Assembly: GCF_030028105.1 (NCBI RefSeq)
Contig: NC_092385.1
Coordinates: 24,890,774 to 24,954,773, forward strand
DNA length: 64,000 bases
Reading direction: 5' to 3'
Source: Mobula birostris
Taxonomy: Eukaryota
Below the pieces are notes generated by a model. That model had not been told where the DNA came from. It saw only the letters and a list, made by a program, of their open reading frames with translations, and searched no databases. Of the stretch, positions 14,001-26,000 are shown piece by piece. A program made the position numbers and the translations under genes. Positions within the stretch are counted from its first letter, which is position 1. Each line of letters opens with the position of its first letter.

Positions 14001-17000
14001 TTCATCTGCAAGTGAAAGAAATACAATATTCATTATGCATCTCCGTCCAATACAGTAATTCCTTTATACAACACCATCAGATATAGTCAAAACTCTGATT
14101 TTTTTTCTATATAGATTGTTGATACTTTCTTGACAACTAACATTTAAATCTATCCTTGCCTGCAGTATTTTTATGTTCAACCAGTTGTTTCCATAATTCT
14201 TTCAAAATCAACTTGTTCTTTTTGACTTTAATTCTTTTAAATGTTTCTTCATCAATAACTGAAATTATTGGGTCCAAAACAAGAAATTGCCTAATTTCTT
14301 TAAAAGAACATATATAATATTTAAGTGAAATAATTTTTTGCTGTAGTGGGAGTTGGTTGCATTTCATTTCTGAAGGCAGGGCACATTAAGGGATGAAAGA
14401 ATAGGGATTTCACAATGATAAATATGAGGTTTTAAATTTGATAATTTGAATAGTGAAGTATTCACAAATGTTTGTGAAAAGAAATATAAAGGAAATGGGA
14501 CTCAAAGGGACTCAAAATGCTTTATTAATTATACAAATACAAAATTTCCAGTATATTTCTTATGGAGATTCAAGTAATGTTATAATTAGTGTAACTTGAA
14601 AAGACAAAGATTCATTTCACATAATATTGTGTTCTATTTGTGCTTTGTTTTGAACTTTTCTATTTAAGTTAGTTCACTTTCACTGCCTTGAAAGTGAAGG
14701 CCCACAATAACTTTTCTCCGTTCAGAGGCACAGGTTTCAATAACTGTTTAATGAGCTGTTCAAGGTTTGTGACCTGGGCAGCAAATTTTCTTGTACTATG
14801 CACTTTGTACAATTTGCAAAGTGAGCAGCCCTTGAATACATGGATGTGGAGAATGATAGAAAGGAACTGTGCACTTTTCAATATGTCATTTTCTAAAATT
14901 AAAGTTGACAAAAAAAGGGAGAAACTTATTCCATTTAAACAAAGTTTTATTATAATTCTTGTTGATTCTTTCAATGTTGACAGAATCTCAAAGCAATATG
15001 TTCTTCCAAAAGCCCAGATATTGACATTACAGTTTTGCCCAGGGCTGTGATGCCAAGAACTGAACTTGCATCATCCATTCTAAGGAAGTTCCAAAATCTG
15101 CAAAGCTACATTAATTCAGACAGATTATGGTGAATCTAAATGAAAGACTTGATACACATCATTACTTCCTCTTGTGTGAGAATGAATACATTACACAAAA
15201 GCTTCTGCAACTTTCTATACAACTTCAAGAAGTTCGTCATCACTATCACTCCCCATCCAAAAGTGGCCATGATGTGACTTTCTATCCAAATTACATATCA
15301 TCATCATGAAGTCAACATTTGAAAATGGGAAAATATAAAATCTCCTCCTCTTCTTTGTGTTACTAGAGAAATTTCTGTTCTTGTTGTGCACCGAAAGTGA
15401 TGAGCTCTTATTTTGACTCATGAGAGATGGTCTGCTTGTTTTTTTTGTTCATAAGTTTGCATGGAGCTTGGGTATAGCTTAATATAGTTGATACATTGTG
15501 TTTAGCTATGTCTAAGCTCCATGCAAAATGAAATTATGCCAATCTTTGGCATACTCATGTGAATAATTAGTTTTACATGCCTGATGGAAGCTTAGTGAAT
15601 TATTTTTAATTTTCTCACAGTGTCTTTTGGAACATTTATCAATGACTTATTGAACAGAAACAAAATAGTAAATTGTTTGCTAAAATAGAATTCGTTTTGT
15701 GTCTATTTAAAAAATAGACTAGATAAGCTTGTTGGAAAAATAAATATATCCTGAAAGTTGCATTCTTGATTCATTTTGCTATATGAACTTTTAAATGAGA
15801 GAGAAACCACAATGAACGACTCTGTATTTAATCTTCAAAAATAATCCTGGCTTTTGCTTGGGAGGTAGTATCAAAATTGATTGCTTCTGACTAGGATAAT
15901 GAGGTTTTAATATTATAAAGTTAAAAGAAGGAATACAATGAGGAAAAAAAAGAGTTAATACATTAAATAAATGTGGGTTATTCATATTTTAGCAAAAGAC
16001 AATAATCACTCACTGTAGAAGGCAATTGAGGCTCGGGAGTGCTCGGTTCCTGTTTCTCAATTTCTTGCATTACTTCATCATAAATTCTACGTGCATCATC
16101 AAAGCTATAAATTAAAAATTAATAGTGTAAGTCTTATTGAGGGAATCTTTGCATGCAAGTGCGTATATGCAAGTAAGCTTTTGGTCAAGAAGTGGGACCA
16201 AATCAAAACTCTAGACTTCCTTAGTGGTGGAAAGGAAAAGCACAGTGCATCTTAAAATATGCATGTGATAAACAGACAGTTAGGATTACAGTACCTACCT
16301 TGGGGTCATAATACACCATCTTCATAGATCTTAATTACTGTTTTAATAGCAATATAAAGATTGAATTGCAGAACTGTTACATCACAGAGGGGCCAATTGA
16401 CCAATTGAATACATGTACAAACCTCTGGTGACACAAATTTCGCCTTTGAGATTTCAATTGTATTTGTTCTCGAAGTTGCTATATGATTGAGATTGGAATT
16501 CCATATACACAATTGTACAGATTCAACTGTCATCTCAAATCACTTTGCATCACAGATTTTTGGATTTCTTCCCTGTTTAGAAAATAGCCTGCCCATTTAT
16601 TTCTACTACCAAAGTGCATGACCATGCACTTTCCAACATTGTGTTTCATTTGCCACTTTCTTGCCTATTCTCCTAATCTGTCTAAGTCCTTCTACAGCCT
16701 ACCTGTTTCCTCAACACTACCTGCCCCTCCACCAATCTTCATATCATTTGCCATCTCAGCAACAAAGCCATCTATTCCATCATCTAAATCATTGATATGC
16801 AACATAAAGAAAAGTGGTCCTAACACCGACCCCTGCAGAACACCACTAGCCACTGGCAACCAACCAGAAAAGGATCCTTTTATACTCACTCGCTGTCTCC
16901 TACCAATCAACCAAAGCTCTAACCATGTTAGTAACTTTCCTATAATACTATGGACTCTTAACCTGGTAAGCAGCCTCATGTGTGGCACCTTGTCAAAGGC

Positions 17001-20000
17001 CTTTTGAAAGTCTAAATATACAACAGCCACTGCATCCCCTTTATCTATCCTACTTATAATCTCCTCAAAGAATCCCAACAAGTTTATCAGGCAAGATTTT
17101 CCCTTAAGGAAACCATGCTGACCTTGTCCTATCTTGTCTTGTGTCACAAAGTACTGCATAACCTCACCCTTAACAATTGACTCCAACATCTTCCCAACCA
17201 CTGAGGTCAGGCTAACTGGTCTATAATTTCCTTTCTGCTGCCTTCCTCCTTTCTTAAAGCGTGGAGTGACAATTGCAATTTTCTAATCCTCTGGCACCAT
17301 ATCAGAGTCCAATGATTTTTGAAAGATCATTACTAATGCCTCCACAATCTCTACTGTTGCCACTTTCAGAACCCTAGGGTGCAGTTCGCCTGGTCCGAGT
17401 GACTTATGTACCCTTAAGTTTTTCAGCTTTTTGAGCATCTTCTCTCTTGTCATAGTAACTGCACTCACTTCTCTTCCCACACACTCTTCAACATCTGTCT
17501 TCCACAGTGAAGACTGATGCAAAATCCTCATTTAGTTCATTTGCCATCTCCTTGTTCCCCATTATTATTTCTTCAGTCTCATTTTCGAGTGATCCTATAT
17601 CCACTCTCATCTCTTATTTTTTACATACTTGAAAAAGCTTTTACTATCCACTTTGATATCATTTGTTAGCTTGCTTTCATATTTCATTTTTCCCTCCTAA
17701 TAATTCATTTAGTTGCTCTCTTCCCAGTCCTCTATCTTCCCACTAATTTTTGCTTTGTTGTATGCCCTCTCTTTTGCTTCTACATTAGCTTTGACTTGAG
17801 TGCAGTTACTATGACAAGGGAGAAGATGCTCAAAAAGCTGAAACTTAAGGGTACATAAGTCACTCGGACCAGACGACCTGCACCCTAGGGTTCTGAAAGT
17901 GGTAACGGTAGAGATTGTGGAGCCACAGATGAACTATTTTGCTATTCGAGTATTTTTTTCATTTTTGGGATACACCTATCCACCATCTTCCTTATTTTTC
18001 CCAGAAATTCATACCATTGCTGCTCTGCTGTCATCCCTGTCAGCATCTCCTTCCAACTTACTTTAGCCATAAAACCATAAGATACAGGAGCAGAAGTAGG
18101 TCATTCGGCCCATTGAGTCTGCTCCACCATTCAATCATGGGCTGATCCAATTATTCAGTCATCCCCACTCCCCGGCCTTCACACCCTTTGATGCCCTGGC
18201 TAATCAAGAACCTATCTATCTCTGCCTTAAATGCACCCAATGACTTGGCCTCCACAGCCGCACATGGCAACAAATTCTACAGATTTACCACCCTCTGACT
18301 AAAGTAATTTCTCTGCATCTCTGTTCTAAGTGGATGGTGGATGTCCTTCAATCCTGAAGTCGTGCCCGCTTGTCCTAGACTCTCCTATCATGGGAAATAA
18401 CTTTGCCATATCTAATCTGTTCAGGCTTTTTAACATTCAGAATATTTCTATGAGATCCCCCCTCATTCTCCTGAACTCCAGAGAATACAGCCCAAGAGCT
18501 GCCAGACGTTCCTCATATGGTAACCCTTTCATTCCTGAAATCATTCTTGTGAATCTTCTCTGAATCCTCTCCAATGTCAGTATATCTTTTCTAAAATAAG
18601 CAGCCCAAAACTGCACACAATATTCCAAGTGTGGTCTCACGAGTGCCTTATAGCGCCTCAACAACACAACCTTGCTCTTATATTCTATATGTACCTCTAG
18701 AAATGAATGCCAACATTGCATTCACCTTCTTCACAAGCAGCACAACCTGGAGGTTAGCCTTTAAGGTATCTTGCACAAGAACTCCCAAGTCCCTTTACAT
18801 CTCTGCATTTTAAATTCTCTTCCCATCTAAATAATAGACTGCCCATTTATTTCTTCCACCAAAGTGCATGACCATACATTTTCCAACATTGTATTTCATT
18901 TGCCACTTCTTTGCCCATTCCCCAAAGCTATCTAAGTCTCTCTGCAGGCTCTCTGTTTCCTCAACACTACCTGCTCCTCCACCTATCTTTGCATCCTCGG
19001 CAAATTTAGCCACAAATTCATTAATCCCATTGTCCAAATCATTGACATACTTCTCATTCTTCTTCTTCTTCTTGTTTTACAGTGGTTGGCACCCAGCTTA
19101 ATGGTGCATTACTGCCACCTTCTGCTCCAGAGTGTGCAATAGAATAACATTCCAAATTCCTTCACCGAATCATACACACACACACATACCCTAACCTACA
19201 TTTTATCCTCCCATCTTTGGCCATCCTAGTACCCTATTCCTGCTTATTCATCATATCCTGTAAAAAACCCCTGTACCCCTTAGGAAAGCTAAAAATACCC
19301 TGACCTGTGCTCTCTCACCCATGCCCAGCAACCCTTTTAATGCGAATTCTTGCACCCCCAATTCCCTTAGATTGATTATCACCATCTCTCTCTGTATCCC
19401 ATACTTCCTGCAACTCAGAACTACATGCTCTACTGACTCCTCTTCCTGACATTCCTCACACAATCCTGTCTGGTGTTTCCCTATCATTTTCAATGTTTTC
19501 TTTAATGCACAGTGCCCCAGCCTTAACCTAGTCCACACAGTTTCCTCTCTTCTGTTTCCACTACCTGCCCTAGTACCTGCAACACTTTTTTGTATTTGAT
19601 ATAAATGTCTCCCTTTCCCCTCCCTGTCCCATCTTTCTTGCCACATTTGGTTGATTTTTTTCCCAGATTACACACTTAACCTCTGCTTTACTGAAACTAA
19701 TGTGCATTTCTATATTTTCTTTCTTTAATGCCCTCTTTGCCAACTCATCCACCCTCTCATTCCCCTTCACCCCTACATGTGCTGGAACCCATAAAAATTT
19801 TACCTGGCCTCCCTGATTTGCAATTCTTGTGACTGACTGAAGGACTTCATAAACTGTTTGAGTGAAAAGACCTTAAACTTGCTAGAACTGAGGATGAATC
19901 TGAGCATATCAATGCTTTGACTTGTCTAGCTTTCTCCACCCATCACAACGCGACCAACACTGCCAGCATCTCCACTGTATACACCCCTAATTTATTAGAT

Positions 20001-23000
20001 GTTCTTCTGCTGATTCCAATTTGTTTTGCTGGTATAGCCACCCCAAACCCTGTCACTCCCATTTCAGGTTTCTTAGTACCATCCGTATAAACCTGAGTAT
20101 AATCACTATATTTTTCCATCACATGACAGTTAAACACACTTATCAAATCAGTTTTATATTTTCCTTTCCTTTTTACCTGTAACAAATAGCAGTCTATGTC
20201 AGGCCATACAAGCTTCCATGGATCTACAATCGGATAAACTACTGAAGGACTTATCCTTAGATCAAACGCTCCACATTCTTTAGCAATATCATTCCCTATC
20301 CAACTAAAGTTATCCCCCTGAAACCTCCCATTTTCCCAGCACTCCTGCAACACTCCTTTTGCAGGGTGAGAATCATTGTGTCCCTGCAAATTAGCCCAGT
20401 AGTTTGCCATCAATTGCATCCTTCTTAGTTCCAAAGGCATTACTCCCATTTCTACCTGTAGGGCTGATACTGGTGATGTTTTAAAAGCCCCACTGCACAC
20501 TCTCAAAGCCTGAGCCTGAATCACATCCAGTTTCCTTATAAGGGACCTAGCTGCTGATCCATATACTATATTTCCATAGTCCAACACAGATCTCACTAAA
20601 GCCACATACATTCTCTTCAAAGCTGAACAACTTGCTCCCCATTCCCTACCAGTCAAACATCTCATCACATTTATTACTTTTTTACATTTCTCCTCAACTT
20701 TCCTGATATGGTCTGCCCATGTTAATCGTGAATCAAATATGACTCCCAGAAATTGAAATGATCTAACCCTTTCTAATTCAATCCCATACATCCTTAACTT
20801 CTTCCATACCTTAATTCTTTTCCTGGTGAAAAATACAATTTGAGTTTTTTCTACTGAAAATCTACATCCCCAGTCATAACACCACTCCACCACTTCATCA
20901 ATTGCTCCTTGTAGTTTCCTGACTATATGCTCCATGTTCCTGCCTCTTTTCCACAAGGCCCCATCATCTGCAAACAGTGACCTACCTATATCCACTGGTA
21001 CCTTTGTGAAGATATCATTGATCATAATGATGAAAAGTAACGGGCTAATCACACTACCTTGAGGTGTGCCATTTCCCACTATGTACTGTTTTGATAATTC
21101 TGATCCAATCCGAACTTGAATTTTTCTACCAAACAAAAAATCTTTAATCCAATTAAAAACTCTTCCACCAACCCCCATCTTGTGCAGTTTAATTAACAAT
21201 CCTTCCTTCCACATCATATCATCGGCTTTTTCAATGTCAAAAAACACTACAACTACTGACTCTTTATTCGCCTGGGCCCTTCTAATTTCAGTCTCTAACC
21301 TTATTACTGAGTCCATGGAATTCCTTCCCTTCCTAAAACCACTCTGGTAACTTGCCAGCATTCCCCTCTTCTCAAGCTCATACGATAACCTTTCTGTTAT
21401 CATCCTTTCCATTATCTTACATATATTTGATGTTAATGTTATTGGTCTGTAGCTAGTGGGTTTTGATGGATCCTTGCCAGGTTTCCTGATTGGAATTACT
21501 ACTGCTTCTTTCCATGCACTTGGTAATCTGCCCTCCTTCCACACTCTGTTATAAAAATGCAGCAACTTCAAGAGTGCTCCTTCTCCTAGATTTTTTAGCA
21601 AAACATAGCATATCAGATCTTTCCCTGGGGAGGTTGGTCTCGACCTCTTTATTGGTCTCACTATTTCTGCCACCATAAATGGATCAATTATATCATCTGT
21701 TTCTTCCCTCCTGTTTAACATACCTAGGTGTTGATTCATTGTTCTTTCCCTTCTCCTTCTCCCTTCTTCAGACAAATTTTCTGAACTGTGTATCTGTACA
21801 AACAACTTGGCCATGATCTCAGCCTTATCCCTACTGGAGACTGCTGTTTCCTCCTCAGATATCATTACTGGATATTCCCATTCCCTTCTACCTCCCCCCA
21901 TCCTCTTAATCACTCCCCATACCTCTCCCACAGGTGTTGTTCTTCCTATTTTGTTGCAAAAACTTCTCCAACTTGCCCTTTTAGCTTGACGTATAGTTCT
22001 TCTCACCACTGCCTGTGCCTTCTTATATTGAATCAAATGCCGCATATTATGGGTTCTTTTAACTAGCCTGAATGCTCTATTTCTGCTTTTTACAGCCTGA
22101 CAACATTCCTCTGTCCACTATGGTACCAGTTTTTTATTCATCCTATTTTTACTCCTGGGTATAGATCCTTCTGCTGCTATAATAATTGCTGAAGTCACCT
22201 GACTGTTTAATTCATCTATATTTCCAGAATTGTCTATCTTTGTCAATGTCTCTTCACTCAACTTCTGGAACTTATTCCAATCTGCTTTTCCAAACACCCA
22301 CTTGAGATTCCACCACCTGGTCTTACTTCAATTATTTCACCCACTGAACATAAAACTGGGTAGTGATCACTGCCTACTGCTGAAGCAGTCCAAACTCCCC
22401 AGTTACTAACGCCAGCCAACATATTAGACACTAATGTAATATCTAATACTGACTCAGTCCCTGTTGTTAAGTTTATCCTTGTTCCTCTATCATCATTCAT
22501 ACACACCAAATCCCTTTCTTCCATCAAATCTTCAATTACTTTTCCATTTGAATCTGTAATCGTATCCCCCCATATTGTGCTGTGAGCACTGAAATCTGCA
22601 CACCACACTACTTTATGTCTGTTTTGTATCCTTAATAGGCTGTCCAAATCCAATCTTTTACATGGATTGTAGGAGTTAATTATAACCACTCCCTCCCCTC
22701 TTTTCCACACTTCCACCACTATGTATTCCTGATCTTCTCCTTTTTCCAGTACCCTATATGGTATACCTTGTTTGATTAACATTGCACAACCCCCTCCTCC
22801 CCCTAAAATTCTATCTTTCCTTATCATTGTATACCCATACACCACAAAGTCTAAAGTTGGTTTCAACCAAGTTTCCTGAATACATACTACATCCGGTTTT
22901 ACAACCACTTCTTTAATAAAGTGCTTGAATTCCTGGCTATTGGCCAGTAAGCTCCTTGCATTCCATTGCAAAAGAATCACCATAATTAGTATTAACCAAC

Positions 23001-26000
23001 TCATGACACCTCCTGGCTTGACTGATTAGTGAGGTTCTCCCCCACTTCCTCCCATGTCAGTCCTACTAACTCTAAATGGTTCACTGCTGCTTTGACCACC
23101 AGCTGAATTTTATCACTTTTTGACTTTACCTCAGCCGTACTATTAATCACTCCTGCAATGAATGTTACTAGAGCCTTCTTGTCTACATAAATCCTGTCAT
23201 TTGTTCTTTGTTGCATCTCTCGCATCCTGATTACTCCCTGTTCATTAGAAGCATTATTCTGTTCTCTTGACATTTTTACAGCTTCTGCATAAGTGATCTT
23301 TCTTTTCACTTTTATTTCTTGAATTTTATTCTCCCATCTCATAACCTCACACCCACTATATGCCACATTATGAGCTCCTTCACAATTGCAGCATTTTGGT
23401 TGAACTCCTGTTCCGCACTTTCCATATTCATGATCACCCCCACGTCTAGCACATCTCCTCTGCCTTTACAGTTTTTAGCTACGCGTCCAAACTTTTGACA
23501 ATTATAGCACCTCAGTGGCTTTGGCACATACACCCTCACTGGGTAACTCATGAAACCCAGGAACACCTTCCTTGGCACTCTTTCTTCTTCAAATTCAATC
23601 AATACTGATTCACTTTTCTTTTTCATTCCCTCCTTTTTGTTTTCAGTCTTTGAACATTTATTACTTTTCCTCCTTTGATATTCCTCTTTAACTCCATATT
23701 TGTACTTATTGGTACCCCCGTGATCACTCCTTTACATCCACCACCATTTCGTGCCCCCACCCTCCTTGAGTATTCCACCTTGCGTTTTCCTATCTCTTTT
23801 AGCTTGAGTGCTTTCTCAAGTTGTTCCTCATTCGCACATTTTACCAATAGGTTGCCATCATTAAAGACTTTTGCAAATACTATTTCCCCTATCTTATTTG
23901 CCAGAGTTGTTGTTAGCACACAGGTTAATTTTCTTCATGTTTCCTTGAGCCTTCTCATTAAACCTAATTATGACAACACCTTCTCTCTGAACTTGTTCAT
24001 CTTCCTCACTTTCAGAGCTCTCTCCACTGTCATTTCTTATTCTTTTATTCCCTTTGTCTTGGTTTTCAATCATCCATCCCCTCACTATCTCCTCATTCCC
24101 TTTATTTCTCCCTTCACAATAATCCATTTCTCCCCAGCTGCCTACCTCTGATCCCAAATCCCTATTCCGTTCCTTCTCCACTCTCTTTCCCTCAACCCCC
24201 CTCGCCTTTTCCGCCATTACCTGACCCGCACAAACCCCTACTAGCAATTCCTGCTCCTTCCCCACTCTCTTTTCCTCTTTGGCTCCCAGCACAGCAGACT
24301 TTCAAACCCCCGTTCAAGCAATTCAAACAATACTGTTGACACAAAGTAAGAAGATACTCCCTCATTGACATACATCGTAAAAAGCAGTGGTCCCAACATC
24401 GACCCCTGTAGAACTTCACTGGTAACCAGCAGCCAGCCAGAATAGGATCCTTTTATTCCCACTCTTTGCTTTCTGCCGATCAGCCAATGCTCCACCCATG
24501 CTAATAAATTCCCTGTAATTCCATGGGCTCTTATCTTGCTAAGCAGCCTCATGTGCAGCACCTTGTCAAAGGCCTTCTGAAAATCCAAGTACACCACATC
24601 TACTACATCTCCCTTCTCTACCCTGCTTGTAATTTCCTCAAAAAATTGTAGTAGGTTAGTCAGGTAGGATTTTCCTTTCAGGAAACCATGCAGGCTTTGG
24701 CCTATCTTGTCATGTGCCTCCAGGTACTCCATAATCTCATCCCTAACAATCAATTCCAACAAGTTCCCAACCACTGACGTCAGGCTAACAGGTCTATAGT
24801 TTCCTTTCTGCTGCCTCCCACCCTTCTTAAATAGTGGAGTAACATTTGCAATTTTCCATTCATCCAGTACAATGTCAGAATCTAATTGATTCTTGAAAGA
24901 TCATTGTTAATGCCTCTGCAATCTTTCCAGCTACTTCCTTCAGAACCCGAGGTGCACTCCTTCAGCGCCAGGAGATTTATACACCCTCAGACCATTAAGC
25001 TTCCTGAGCACCTTCTCAGTCATAATTTTCACTGCACATACTTCACCTCCCTGACACTCTTGAATGCTGGTATACTGCAGATGTCTTCCACTGAGAAGAC
25101 TGATGCAAAATAAGCATTCAGTTCCTCTGCCATCTCTGTGTCTCTCAATACAATATCTCCAGCATCATTTTCTATTGGCCCCATATCTATCCTCGACTCT
25201 CTTTTACCCTTTATATACTTAAAAAAAAGCTTTTAGTATCTTCTTTGATATTAGTCACCAGCTTCCTTTCATAATTCATCTTTTCCCTTCTAATGACCTC
25301 CTTAGTTTCCTTCTGCAAGTTTTTAAAAGCTTCCCAGTCCTCTATCTTCGCACTATCTTTGGCTTCCTTGTATGCCCTCTCTTTTGCTTTTACTTTGGCT
25401 CTGACTTCACTCGTCAGCCATGGTAGTGTCCTTCTTCCATTTGAAAATTTCTTCTTATTTGTATATCTGTCTTGCACTTCCCTCATATTTCGCAGAAACT
25501 CCAGCCATTGCTACTCTGCTGCCCTTCCTGCTAGCGTCCCTTTCCAGTCAACTTTGGCCAGTTCCCCTTTCATGCCATTGTAATTTCCTTTATTCCACTG
25601 AAACGCTGACACATTGGAATTTAGTTTCTCCTTCTCAAATTTCAAAGTGAACTCGATCATATTATGATCACTGTTCCCTAAGGGTTCCTTAACCTTAAGC
25701 TCTCTTATCACCTCCAGATCATTGCACAACACCCAATCCAGCACAACTGACCCCCTAGTGGGCTCAACAACAAGCTGTTCTAAAAAGCCATCCCTTCGAC
25801 ATTCTACAAATTCTCTCTCTAGAGGTCCAGTACTGGCCTGGTTTTCCCAATCCACGTTCATGTTAAAATTCCCAGCGCTTATCATGACATTGCCCTTCTG
25901 ACATGCCTTTTCTATCTCCTGCTGTAATTTGTAATCCACATCCCAGCTGCTGTTTGGAAGCCTGTATACAACTGCCACTGGGGTCCTTTTACCCTTGCCA

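Noticed and set aside
13183-14015. Long ORFs (171, 222, 127 aa) rich in L/S/A/R
   Set aside because: Artefacts of the stop-free CT/CG microsatellite inside a DNA transposon.
19943-22045. 700-aa ORF as a host or domesticated gene
   Set aside because: It is the RT-RNaseH part of a TSD-flanked, frameshifted LINE.
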